Positions 1 to 35,458 of a stretch of DNA of 64,000 nucleotides are shown here, piece after piece. Position numbers and translations under genes: made by a program. Position 1 is the stretch's first letter; each line of letters begins with the position of its first letter. This DNA is from Phaeosaccion multiseriatum (Eukaryota; Protista; Ochrophyta, other classes): the NCBI GenBank assembly GCA_965112735.1, contig OZ218955.1, positions 4,034,409 to 4,098,408 on the forward strand, given 5' to 3'. The notes under the pieces were generated by a model. It searched no databases. It saw only the letters and a program-made list of their open reading frames with translations, and was not told the origin of the DNA.

Positions 1-22622
<22,622 letters not shown>

Positions 22623-22939
22623 GGTTTTCCTGTCGAGTCGGGTACGTATGTGTGTGTGAGAGAGAGATAGAGCGAGCTGCAATACCAAAGAGCATGCAAC
22701 AGAGGGTGCTTGTTAATCGGCATGGAGAAGGCCTAAAGTTTCCCACGTGGCAGGTGGATCGGGATATTTCCCTTCCGACATGATGTCTGTCCTTTTGTCT
22801 TCCCTTCCTTCACTCCCTCTGTACCTCTCGCTCCCTCTCTCTCCTCCTTCCCGCATGCTCTCTCCGAGTATCCCTCTCTCCGTACGCCTTTCTGGTTCCT
22901 CCCCCCCCCCCCTTCTCTGCCTCTCTCTCTGTCTCTCTG

Positions 22940-22977
<38 letters not shown>

Positions 22978-24149
22978 TCTCTCCCTCTCTTTGTCTCTCT
23001 CTCCCGGCCACTCTTTGCAAAATCTGTACAAATGTATAAACCGGGAGTGATAGAGCTATAGAACGAGTCGTATCAGTACCAAGAGTATCAAGACTAGTAA
23101 GATCCCAAATAAACTAAAGCATTGCGCTGTGTGCGCCCCGGAGGGACAGTGGGGAAGGAGATGGAGTGGTAGAGGGAGAGGGAGGGGGGAAGGGAGGGAT
23201 TCATCGTGGAGAGGACTGCAGGTGGGAGTTGAAGGTTATGGATGGGGGCGGTAGGGTTAGAAGGAGGGGTGAAGAAGAGGCTGGTCATCCATTAGTGGAA
23301 ACAGAGGCAGAGGGCGGAGAAGTGGGTGCATGTGGTGCATGTGTCTCTCTCTTCTCTAGCGCTCTCTCGCCTTACCTTGTAAATGTAGTTTCAGCTGTCG
23401 CGGCACCACACGCTCCTCATGCTGTGTGTCCTGTGTAGCTCTTCTGGACTTCTACACGATCGGCTCTCGCCTAAGCTCTCCCTCCCTCTAAAATTCCGGC
23501 TCGCCCGTTACGGAAGAGCCGCCCTTTAACAATCAAGATTCGTATTTTTGATTATGTCCACCCGGAAACTACTCACGTTTTGAATTTTTGTTTCCTTGTG
23601 TTATAGGTGGCTTAAGGTGGCTTCACATAGTACGCCACGCTGGTGAAACGTCTAGAAAAGCTCCGTAAGGGGAAGGAAAGAAAAATTTGGCCTGGGCACA
23701 CGGCCCTGGGTAAGGCGCTGTGCGAAGCCTCTGCCTCCCCTAGCACAGTGCCCCCTCGATGACTGCGTGCCTACCCTGACTGGCCTGTCGAGCTCCACAC
23801 CCATCCACCACACCGTGTGTAGGTAGGCGCAACAGCTCTCTGCCTCCCACGAGAATAACCCTTCATTAGTAGTGATGGTCCTATTGTTCCCCTCTCCTTC
23901 CTCTCGAGCAGAGCCCCCCCTCGCTAACTGCAACACGCAACACGCAGGCGGCGCTCCAACTGCTGCTCGCCCATGCGCCTACACATGCCACAGAGAGGGG
24001 GTCTGTTTCCCCCAGGGGATCACTTGCACTTGTGCTTCCCCGCTTGGAAAGGTCGCGTACAGACGCCCCTGCCGAACGCACCCATCCAGTGCCATCCCTG
24101 CAAATACTCCATTAGCACTCCCTTGCCGCCAAAAAGGCCCTCGCCCCCT

Positions 24150-25550
24150 TCAGAGATCGTCGTCGTCATCTGTGTTCCTGAAGGCCACCATCCCGTCCAC
24201 CTTGTGCACTCTGGTGCTGAAGCTGCGCAGCCGCACCTCTGATTGGTTGGGGATCTTGCAGGGGTCGCTCTCCTCCCACTGCCGGGGCACAGTCGCGTCC
24301 TTGTCCGCGTACACCTGCGGAGAGGGGCATAGGAGTGAAGGAGAAGGAGGGTGGTGGAGGACGAGGAGGAGAAGGAGGGACTTATGTGTGAGTGGGGATG
24401 ATCTAGTGGGCTGGTTTGGCCCGCGATGTGTGAAGACCAAGTCGGCGCTTCGAGGAGGGACACGCGTCTTCCGCCAAGAAGGGTTGGGAGGGGACATGCG
24501 TCTCACTCTCTCGTGAACAGAGGACCCTCTGTCCTGACACTGCTCTCTCACCAGCAGGTCGAAGCTGCAGGGCTCTGAGAGGAGGGGCAGGAAGGTGACG
24601 CTGGCGGTGATCTGGCGGATGATGGCCTGGATCTCGCCGTGGATGGCCTTCACGCTCTTCTTCGGCGCCTCCGCATTGCTAGGGGATGGCAGTGGACGTC
24701 GGGGGGGGGGGGGGGTTGAGCGGCAGCGCCTACACATCTTCAAAAGTCAAAACTCGCCTGAGTCAATGGGCAAATTTGCACAGCCCCGTCTACCTTCACT
24801 GGGGAGTGCTCTCTCCTTCGGCCCCTGCAGCAGCTTCCCTGCCCCCGCTGTGCTCATGACTCACTCACCCTCTCTCGCTGAGCACGGCCGGAGTCTCGCT
24901 ATGCACGTTGAAGGCCCACCGCTCGAGCACATCTCCCGAGTCGATGCCCGTAATGACGAGCACGAGGCGCTGCACCTTGTCATTCAGGAGCCACGCTGAG
25001 GGGGGGGGGGATATTGTTGAGGGGGAGGGGGTGATGCTGCTCATTCGCTCTCTTTCTCGTTCTAGCCCTATACTCTCGCTCTCTCTGCCTGCTGTTCCTC
25101 CTTACATTGCAGCTGCTTGCCGACCCCCTCGAGGTAGAGGTTGAGCTGATCGTCCTTCGTGACCAGCATGGTGAGGCCATACTTTGCCTGCTTGTCGAAG
25201 CTGGCGGCCGGGTAGATGCCACGCTGGTACAAAATACTGTATGTCGGGAGGAAAGCGGCCGGTGGGCAACACAGGCAGGTCAATGGGGTAAGTCACCACG
25301 GGGAAGAGCAGGCCAGGTCAGTGGAGAGAGAATTGGAAGAAATACCTCGAGGCCACACTCACCTATTGATGCTGTAGTAGAAGAACTCTGCAACGATCTC
25401 CGTGGAACCCTTCAGAGTGATCACATTCTCCGTCTCCTGAGCCGTGGACTGCCGCGGGGGGCGAGATGGTGTGTCGGGAAAGGGGGGTGGAGAGTTGGAG
25501 AGAAATCGGAGAGAAAGACAAAGAGCTTGCTCCGGCGATGCACTCACCAT
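24150..25550 (-). CDS. MAD2: Mitotic spindle checkpoint protein MAD2 (HORMA domain), 6 exons
   Basis: Exons ~25548-25550 (ATG only), 25363-25448, 25106-25237, 24869-24995, 24552-24678, 24150-24314. They join to MSTAQETENVITLKGSTEIVAEFFYYSINSILYQRGIYP...LERWAF...EIQAIIRQITASVTFLPLL...FDLLVYAD...WEESDP...VRLRSFST. Confidence 0.96.
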
Positions 25551-26117
25551 GATGAGGCAGGGATCCTTCGCTCAGCTGCTCTGGCTGAACGTCCTCTTCA
25601 AGACACTCGTCTTTGGGCTTGCCTGCTTTAGAGCTACACGCGTAGAGTGAGCGGCGGGCGACAACGACGCGTAGCAAGAATCCTTCACTGCTGTTCTATT
25701 TCCAGGTCTCTCCCCAGCCCCATCAAGCGCCCCTACCTTCTCCTGCACTCCACGAGGGCGATCGCTGCTACCCCTTTTGGATGTCTGCTCTTCGCTGCTT
25801 CTTCTGATGATTGCCCGTTGGCCTATTTCTTGAAATCACAGATGGCGAACAGAGAACAACACGTGGACGAACAAACGAAACTGTCAACTTGGCAGGGCTG
25901 CTCTTTCAATTCCTCTCTCTCTCTCCCTCTCTCTCAAGGGGGTCTCCAGCTTCAGCCTGCGACTATATCCATCCTTAGGAGGAGGGCTAAGGTCCAGGCC
26001 GGGACGCTCCTACCCTCCTCTCTCCGGGAAGAAGAGGACAGAAAGATGAGGGAGTTCGGGGAATTTTGATCCCCCTCCACCCACACACGGGAGCTTCTGT
26101 AGTGTCAGCAGGGAGCC

Positions 26118-29100
26118 ATGATTCTCACTAGAGCGGGATCCGCGCCCACCCTCCCCCCGACTACCCCATCCCTGGCTCGAGCGGGCAGCACCCGACAGCC
26201 CGACGGGAGCTACACCAGCACGTACGGCCGACAGATTCACTCGCACCACCAGAGGCAACAAGAGAGGGAGGAAGAGGAGGGTTTGCATCTACAAGAGGCG
26301 CTGCTGTCTAAAGAGGACCCCATCGAGCTGCCCCCTCCGCAGGGGCCGGGTCCCGTTCTGCCCAACATGACGAGCGTGATGCATGCGAGCAGCAGCGCCA
26401 TGGTGGCGAAGGCCGTCAAGGCCATGCCCGTGCACTGCCGGAGGGACGGGGAGATGCTCATGAACATGTTGCAGGCCCGGTGCGCCATGGCCGAGGACCG
26501 CGCCACGCAGCTGGCCCGGAACGTTGTGAGAACACAGAGAGACAAGAAGGAGCTATTGTCTGCCCTGGGTGAGTGAGGGAAAGAGTGGGTGGGTGGGTGA
26601 TAGATCGCTCATGCTCGTCATCCTCCCGATCGTCTTGCCCGCCCCGCCCCGCTCCCCCGCTTGACCAAAGGCCTGGCCCACACCAAGGTGCACACAAGGG
26701 AGGACAAGCTCAATGAGCTGGAGCAGAAGATGGCCGAACAGAACAAGGAGCTCAGGCTGCAAAGGGCCCGCGTGGCCGAGGACTCCAAGGCCGCCAAGAA
26801 GGCGAGGCTGCGCACTATCCGAGTAGAGAGCGCGCTGCAGGCCCTCACTGCCGACGCGGCGACGGGAAGTAGGGGAAACAGAGGAAACAGGGGCAGCGGG
26901 GGCGCCGGGGGGTCTGCCAGCCCGAGCAGTAAGGCAGGGGGTCGGGGCGGGGGAGGGGGAGGGATCGCTGCCAACCCGATCATGGCCAGCGACGAGGCCC
27001 TCGCGTCCGTGCCGCGCAGGAAGGCTCTGCAGAAGGCGGTGCTGCACATCTCCTCCGACAACGCAGAGCTCACGCTGGAGAAGGCAAGAATGGCCAAGGA
27101 CATCGCGGGCCTCAAGCAAGACGTAAGTGCGTGTGTGTTGTTGTTGTTGCGTGTATATATTTGTGTTATATATATGTGTGTGTGTGTGTCTATGTAGATA
27201 TGTGTGTGTGTGAGTCGTGCCTCTGCGCTCTAATGTTCGCGTCCCACCATGTGTCGGTGCCAGGTGCGGTCCCTCAAGAGGAAGCTCGCGGCTCGGTCCG
27301 CTTCTCGGGGAGGAGGCGAGGGGAACCGCTCTCGCCTCCACACCGGGGCCGGTCAGCAGGACCCTGCTCCCCACCGGTCGTCCGTGACGGGGCTGCCCCA
27401 CTCGCAGCTCTGCTCCTCGCACAGTGCCAGTGCTATGGGCACCATCCCCATGGAGGACGTGGAGGACGAGGTTACGCGTCTTGTGGAGCTGGGGGAGGTT
27501 TCCGCACCCGACATGGTGCTCAAGTTCGAGCGGGCCTACGACCTGTCCGTGAGCATGAGTGCGTGTGAGGACGTGTGTGAGCTGGTGGGGTGCTTGCTGG
27601 GGAAGCGCACCAAGCAGCTGCTGGGCTGCGATGAAGTGGCCGTCTTCTTTCACGTGCCCCAGGAAAAGGTGGAGGTGGACTTGCAGCAGTTGGTTGCGCA
27701 GCAGCCGCAGCCGCAGTACTTAGACGAGGTGGTGGTCTGCAGCAGCAGCAGCAGCAGCAGTCAAATGGGCAGCAGCAGCGGCACAGACGAGGTAGAGGTG
27801 GATTGGGAGGGGGAGGGGGAGGGAGCTCCTCAGCGGGAGTGGGAGAGCGCAGACGGCCCCGGGGGGGGGGGGGGCTTTGAAGGCAGCGACAGCGACACTG
27901 GCAACAGCGACACAGCAGCGGGCCGGCGGTGGAAGTTCCTGCCCCTCAGGGGTGGGCTCGTGGGGGAGGCCTTTAGAACACTGGAGCCCGTGCTCGCCGA
28001 TAGCACTCCCGAACACCCCGCCTTCGACAGACGAGCCGACGCTGAGGTGCGGTGGATTGGGAGGAGGGGGGCAGTGGATGGCTGTGGATGGCTCCCACTC
28101 GGAAACAAATGGGATGGGCTCACTCACTGACTTTCTCGCTGACTTTCTCACTGACTTACTCAGGTGGTGCCCCCCTCGGGCACGGCGTGCTGCCTCGTGC
28201 CGTGCGTGACGCGATTCAAGCCGCTGCTGGTGCTGCAGATGTGGAGCAGGGAGAGAGAGGGAGAGAGTGCTGAGAAGGTCATCTCCCCTGCCCCAAGCAG
28301 CCACGCCGAAGGGGCCGACAAGAAGAGACGAAGCCGAGCCTCCAGCCACTCCGTAGACGAGGCGCACCTCAGAGGAGACAGGGGGGGGGGCAGGGACAGC
28401 AGGGGAGGAGGAGGAGGAGGAGGAGGAGGAGGAGGAGGAGGAGGAGGAGGAGGAGGAGGAGGAGGAGGAGGAGGAGGAGGAGGAGGAGGAGGAGGAGGAG
28501 GAGGAGGAGGAGGAGGAGGAGGAGAGACGGGCGAGGAGGAGGGCGAGGCCGAGGCAGGGGGCACATGCACTGAAATTCTCGGCCCGTACAGCTTCTCCCC
28601 CGTGGAGGTGCTTCTCGCTAACCTCCTGCTCGTGCAGTTCGCGAGCTGTCTGGACCATCTGCAAAGGGCGCCCCCCCCCTGGGAGAAGGAGGGATTCATG
28701 AACAGGGCCGCGCATGCAAGGACCCGCATGATAGACCGGGTGCGTTAGTCAGAGAGTGAGCCAGTTCTTAGTCAGTGGGTTAGTCAGTGCGTTAGTCAGC
28801 GAGCGAGGGATGGTAGCAGAGGGAGACGGGGCTATGCTGGGGATGGCAGTGGACGGGGAGACGGGTGAGAAGACGCGTGATCCAGCGAGTGGCGCGAGGA
28901 AGGGGAGGGGAGAGGAATCCAGCACGGGGCAGCAAACGATGGCCAAAGCTTCTTCCTTGGCACGGGCGGGTCTTCGAGTGCGCTGACCTCATCCCGTCTC
29001 TCCCCTCCCCTCCCCTCTCATCGCTTCCTCCCTTGGCAGCTCCTTCCGCACCATAATGCAGAGTCGAAGGAGTTTGACTTTCAGTTGTCGCCGCAGTGCG

Positions 29101-32100
29101 TGTCTGCGTCTGACGTGGCGGCCCTCGTGGAGGCGGAGTGTCAGGACTTGCTCAGGGTCAAGGCCAGGGTCTTCATCGTGGAGGGAGCGCAGATGTGGTG
29201 CGTGCGTGGGGGTAGAGAAAGGTGGCACTGGATGGCATTGGATGGCAGTGCCAACGACTCAGTCACTCTGTACCATGTCTGTGTATCCCCCACCGCTGTT
29301 ATCCCCCATATGTCCAACATGTATGTCCAACATGTCAGGTGGCTGACACAGGAATGCAAGGAGGCGGACTCTGCCAAGGAGCGCGCTTTCGCCTCCCTCT
29401 CGCACGGCCTGGCTGGGCAGGTGGTGCGGGATGGAGTGTCACGCTTCTTCAAGGACCCCGACAACAACCCGCACTTCAACGACGCCATCGATCTGCACAC
29501 AGGTGGGTTGGTAGGTGCCCAGGGGTGGGGGAGGGGGGGAGTACTTTGGATGCCGAGGGTGCGCCTCAATGGTCACAGCGTATGAAGTGCACGGGCGGGG
29601 ACAAAGCCGATGAGCGGATGGCGTACGGCTGCCTCGCGAGGCAAGCAAGCTTGACCTTCCTGAACAGCTCACTCTCCGTCGTATCTCCCTCCTCCAATAC
29701 GTGCCTGTCTACTGCGCTACTGTCCCCTGTGTGGTGATACGGTGGTCGCCAGGCGGCCCCTTGGCGACGGTGGCGGTGAAGGACTTCACAGGACACATCT
29801 GCGCAGTGCTGCAGGCAGGGGTCGACAAGGACGTGGCGCTGCCGTCCGTGATGCACCCCTTCCTGGGCAGGGACCAGAGAGGGGGAGGGGGTAGCAGGGA
29901 GCACAAACATGCCAAGACCAGCCGTGAGTGGGGCCGTGAGTGGGGCACGAGGGGGGGGTGGGATAGAGGGGAGCTGTGAGTGGGCTGGGAGTGGGGTGTC
30001 ACACCAAAGAGCACTAAGCAACGCTCGCACTCATCTGCGTGTGTGTGCGTGTGTGTGTGTGTGTGTGCTCGTTGCGTTGCTTGTCTTGGGCCTGCCTTTT
30101 CTCCCTTCCCCTCCCCCTCTGCCAGCGCTGAGCGCCTTCGCGTCTGAGGTCTCCCCCGCCTTGTCCTTCCTCCTCCGAGAGGCGCGACGAGGAAAGCTCT
30201 CCGACCCCTCCGACGCACACTCGCTGTACGAAGGCAAACTCAAGGAGGAGCTGAAGAGGAGCGAGGCCCTGCATTTGGCCAGGGAGGAGGAGGAGAGGCA
30301 CAAGGCAGAGGCCGTTCGTCTTGCGCTGGACAAGGAGCTCAAGGAGAGCAGGGAGCAGGTGAGAGGGGTATGGGCACGCAGATGAGAGGTATAGGGGTGT
30401 ATGGGCAGGGCAGGGTAGAGGTGTATGGGCAGGGCAGGGCTGATGTGTACTGCTGAGCAGGGGATGGAAAGCATGCAGCGCATGAGGCCTTGAGCGATGA
30501 GAGCACTCCCCTCACTCTCTTTGCCGTGCCGGGCCATCCATTTGTTGACTTTCTGCAGGAGAGTGCCCTGCGGCGAGAGCTCCAGCTGAGGCGGAGGGAG
30601 GAGCAAGCGGAGCAGCAGGAGCTTCAGGACGTGCGGGAAAGGCTCGACAAGGCACTTGAGGCCTTGGAGGTGAGAGTGTGTGAGGCTGTGAACGAGGTAT
30701 GGGGGTGTGAAGTGAGGGGGGAGGGTTTGAAGTGAGGGTGGCCTGTGGGGGAGGGGGAGGGGAACGGGAAGGAGGAGAGGAAGGGGCGGCCTCTCCCTGC
30801 CCCCCTCCTCGCATCCTCATCCACTGCTCACCTGCTTCTGCGCGGCATGCCTTGCATCTCTGTGCGCGTGCCTCGGTCCCGCTCGTTCACGGCCTTGTTC
30901 TCGTTCACTGCACTGTGGAAATGACGCTTGCTCGTTCACTGCACTGTGGAAAGGCGCGGGACTCCGAGTTAGTCGTGCTGGAGGAGGAGATGATGCGCCT
31001 CCGGAGGGCCCCTCTCCTCGCCACCGATGAGGAGCGGCAGCAGGACTGGCAGCAGGACTGGCAGGTTCAGAGGGAGGGGGTGGGATCGCGCTCTCGCTCC
31101 TCTCCCATGCCCGCCTCGCGGCCCACGAATAATGGCGATGACTGCTTGGAGGCCCGGCCCGCGGAGCTCAGCCCCAGCTCCAGCTACACCCCCACCCGCC
31201 TTTCCTCCCTGCCCCTCACGGGGGGGTCAGAGCTTTCTCAGCGCAAACTGGAAGTCCCCGCACAGTCTCAGGCCCGTGCTCCGGCCGGGATGGCAGTGGA
31301 TGGGGCGGAGCTTGACGGGCTCAGGTACACGTCTTCGCCGCCAATGCCCGCCGCAGAGCGCTCGCCAGAACCAGCCGTTGGTGATACAGCAGCACCAGCA
31401 ACAAACACGACAGAAGCAGGACCAGCACCAGCAGTTGATGATCCAGCAGTAGCAACAGAAGTTGGTGATACAGCAGAAGCAGCAACAGTTGTTGCAACAG
31501 TTGGTGATATAGCAGAAGAAGAAGCAGTTGGGCATACAGCAGCAGCACCAGCAGGAAGTCCAAGTGCCCCGTCTTCCAGCAGACGCGGTGAGTGTGTGGG
31601 TGTGGGGGAGGAAGGGGTCCGAGACGGCGCGGGAGAGGGACAAGGGCAAGGGCAAGGGCAAGGGCCCATCTCGGCATCTGCCTGCTCGGGGGAGAAGGAG
31701 CAGGCAGGGCAACAGGAAGGGCAGGAAGTGCAGGAAGAGGAGCAGGGGGAGGAGGGGGAGGAGGGGCAGGCTCCACCCCAACCCGTGATGTCTACGGCAG
31801 AGGCAGCTGTAGCCCCTCTGTTGAGTGAGGAGGAGGCACCCACAGCCCCTCCAGCCCAAGCCGAGTTGGGCATCGAGTCTGATGCCCAAGGTGCCCTGGA
31901 TGGTGGGGTAGCGCTGAGCGAAGCTGTTGACGTATCACCGACTGCTCCTCCGGAGGCAGAGGAAGCGCACGAGCACCAACACGAGCACGAACACGAGCAC
32001 GAGCACGAGCAGCATCACGAACATGCACATCATCACGACGAATACTACAACGACCACGCACACCATCACAGCCACGGAGGGGGGGCGGGAGAGGACGCCT

Positions 32101-32474
32101 GGTCCCAGCACCAAGACGAGAGCGGTCATGTCTACTATGTCAACGAATCCACCGGGGAGTCCTCCTGGGACCCGCCTGCCTCACATGGCCAAGGCATACA
32201 GGCACACGATGGAGGGGCCTTAGGGGACATGAACTCTTCCTCACTTTCCTGTGCTACCCAACAAGGCCCGCTGGTGGGGATGGCAGTGGATGGGGGGGGG
32301 GCGCTGCCGGAGGGATGGGAGGAGCACGTGGACGCCACTGGCAGCGTGTATTGGACCAACTCGGACACCGGGCAGACGAGCTGGAGCAAGCCGCTGGAGG
32401 GGAGCGCGGCCAGAGCGGCGCAGGCAGACGCCAAGAAGGAAAGGAGGGGCAGCGCTTACGTCATCGAGCTGTAG
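26118..32474 (+). CDS. Coiled-coil + two GAF-like domains + two C-terminal WW domains (10 exons)
   Basis: A frame-consistent GT-AG exon chain runs from 26118 to the stop at 32474. GAF-like segments: LLGCDEVAVFF...GLVGEAF...HPAFDRRAD and GLAGQVVRDG...DNNPHFNDAIDLHTG...VKDFTGHICAVLQA. WW motifs: WSQHQDESGHVYYVNESTGESSWDPP and LPEGWEEHVDATGSVYWTNSDTGQTSWSKP. Confidence 0.8.
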
Positions 32475-32894
32475 AGAGGGAGAGTGGCACAGAGAGAGAG
32501 AGCGCTAACCCTAACCTAAGACAGCGGAGAGGGGTGCTCACCTCATTTGATCCCGTCCCTTCCGATCAGCAATAGGGGGAGAAATCAACAATTCTATCCC
32601 ATCCGATGGCACCCATCCGATGGGCACGAAAAAGAGAGAGACGGAGCACAATGATGCATTATTCTGGCGGTGCTTTCAGATCGACGCCCCACACGTATGC
32701 CCCCGTAGTGAATGCCCAACCCCTCCTCCCTCTCGCAGGCCCGTCCCTCCGCCTTTGGTGACTACTTTGAAGTCAATAAATAGTCCCTCCGCCAAGAGAC
32801 CCTCCGCCAGATCACCTCACGGCATTGCCGCGCTCGTTGGGAGGGGAAGAGTCACACGCCTCCACTCATGTCTCCACTCCACTCGTGCTCCACG

Positions 32895-32971
32895 TCAGCA
32901 GAAAAAGACGCTCTTGGCAGGACTGCTCAAGGTGCCAAGAGAGGCGGAAGGGGGGACACGGAAGCCACAGA

Positions 32972-33006
<35 letters not shown>

Positions 33007-33123
33007 ATCACTAACTGCTGCTGTTCTTGATGTTGATGATGGCGCTGCTGCCCCTGGCCGTTGGGCTGAAGAGGGAGCTGCTGAGGTTGGAGAGGGAATT
33101 GGTGTTGTGGTTGCTGCTGCTGC

Positions 33124-33161
<38 letters not shown>

Positions 33162-34807
33162 GTGGTCCTGCTCCTGCTGCTGGCGTTGCAGCACTTCCTG
33201 TTGCTGCGGCAAACGAGACACCGCTCCGCCGTTTGGTCTCCATGCTGCGCTCTCCCCCTGTCCGGTCCTTGCAGAGGAGGCAAGGAGCCTGGTGTCCGAC
33301 CGCTGACGCTTCGGTGTGCCCGTGGCTGGCAGAGTGGTCCCGTGCTGCCCCTGCAGCAGCACAGCCCCCCCGCCCGCCTCCCCCTCCCCCTCCCCCTCCC
33401 CGATGCACATACTGGCCAAGCTCGTGGCCGCCGCCTCCTCCTCCTCCCTCCCTCCTCCCCCCGGCCTCTTCCTCTTCCTCGGGGAGGCGCTGAGGCCCCC
33501 CTGCCCTTGCCCAAAGAGGCCTTGTGCCCCTTGTGCCCCTTGTGCCCCTTGTGCCCCTTGTGCCCCTTGTGCCCCTTGTGCCCCTTGTTGCTGCCCCACG
33601 CCCCCTATGCCCTTGCCCCTCTTGATCCCCCCCACTCCGAGCAGCACCCTCTCCGACTGCCTCTGATGGCTCTGATGGCTCTGATGGCTCTGATGGCTCT
33701 GATGGCTCTGATGGCTCTGATGGCTCTGACAGGGCGGTGCGAACGGGGCACTTTCCTGCTGCTCATCCCTTGCCTGCTCATCCCTGACTGCGGGGGCGAA
33801 GTACACTCCGTCGAAGCACCCCCCCTCTAAGGTGCTCTCCACCTGCCGCTGGAAGAGCGAGGCAGACGGGTCCTTCAGAAGCGCACTCCCGGCAGCAGCG
33901 TTGACGGCGTGCTCGGGGGAGGGCTCCAAGAACATGAGCTGTTGGTAAGGTGATGTTTGATTCCATACACAAGGGATGGTACCCCACGGAGCGACGGACA
34001 GACGACAGCGCAAAAAACAAAAAAAAAGAGGACGGCGACAAGTGTGTTTCGCGTTAAGGGGAGAGCGAGGGCCTGGGGTAAATACGCATCATTCATAGAA
34101 TGCCATCTATGCCGTACCTGCAGCGCGAAGACTACGGTGTTGAGGGACAGCACGGGTCGCCAGTCCTTGTCGAGGATGGGCAGGCGGACAGCGCCGGACA
34201 CAAGGGAGATGTTGGGGTGCCACACGCGGCTGGTGCAAAGAACCGTGGGAGCTGCGGCGAGAGGAGGGGGAGCAGGGAGGGGAGAGGGGGTGAGAAGAGA
34301 AAGCAGGTGGGCTAAGGTGGACTGCCATTCAGTCTGCCTCTTTTCAACACCCGCTCCACCACGAGCACGGGCCTGCCCTCACCGTGAAAGGGGTAGGTCG
34401 GGGGGATGTCCACGTCGAAGGCCATTGTCACGCCTGCGTACAGCCCCTCGAGCATGCACAGGCCCACACGCACGTGCAGCACATCGAGCTCTCCGTTGGG
34501 AAAGGAGAGGGAGGTGCGCGCCTGGCCGTGGCCACCGCCGAAGCGGGCGCTGTGCAGCTGCGAGGCATACAAAGGGGCACGGTACTTGAGCGCGCAAGGC
34601 GGGAAAGGAGGCATTTCGTGTGGAAGCTTGTCTAGGGAGCGAACGCTTCAAAGCCCTACCCCTGCCCGCCCACTCGCCGCCCCCTAGCCCAGGGCGTCGT
34701 CCTGTTCCCGCCGTTTGCCCCCCCCCCCCCCCGCCCCTCTCTCTTCCCCTTACCTCGGCTATATCCTTCTTGACTCGAATGGATGCGAGGTTCTCTCTCG
34801 TATACAT
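32895..34807 (-). CDS. UBC12/UBE2M-like E2-fold protein lacking the catalytic Cys, with a long low-complexity C-terminal tail
   Basis: Exons ~34754-34807, 34383-34557, 34118-34251, 32895-33938. Protein includes IRVKKDIAEL...GLYAG...IPPTYPFHAPTV...VWHPNISLVSGAVRLPILDKDWRPVLSLNTVVFALQLMFLEP...VESTLEGG...YF, which matches the UBC12 layout. The end of the tail is less certain. Confidence 0.82.
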
Positions 34808-35458
34808 GGCTTTACTATCCCCAGCGTCCCGTCCTCGCTGCCGCGCTGCTGAAGGCGCTGGAATGTGCTTTCTCCCCCCCCCAGCTAAGCTCCCTCCAGG
34901 GGACTGGCCGCAGCCGACCCCAAAAGAGTTGACTGCGAGGCGGCCAGGAAAGCACAGCAGCGCGGCTAGCAACCTGTCATTGGCTGGCTTAGAGCACAGG
35001 AGACGAGCCTGCAACAAGGACGTAAGCTTGATCTCGTCGTTCCCGCCCCTTGCCAACTCTCCAAATAGGGCCGGCGGCAGCCCGGAAAGAAGAGGAAAAA
35101 AGGTCGAGCCGCTTACCCTCCCTCGTTTCCGCGTTTCTGTAAGGGATTTCGTGAGTGCTTTGGTCTATAGCTACAGTCTTCAAAGGATGGTTGTTGTAGA
35201 GGAGTTCGGATCGGCGGGACATCCAGTGCCATCCATCCTAAGAGTAAAACTGCGTCTAAAGGGGGAAGGGGGCTTTGGAGGATATACGTTTATTTGATGG
35301 CAGAGGGTCTTCATGGGTAGGCTCCACCGAGGAGACGGAGGAGGGCGATCTTCGCCTCCGATTATACCAAGTCTCGCCTCCCATTAGACCAGGTCTCGTC
35401 CTTCCTTGTATTCTGTTCGTTTAAATTGAGAGGGTCACGCTCCATCGACTGGAAGGCC

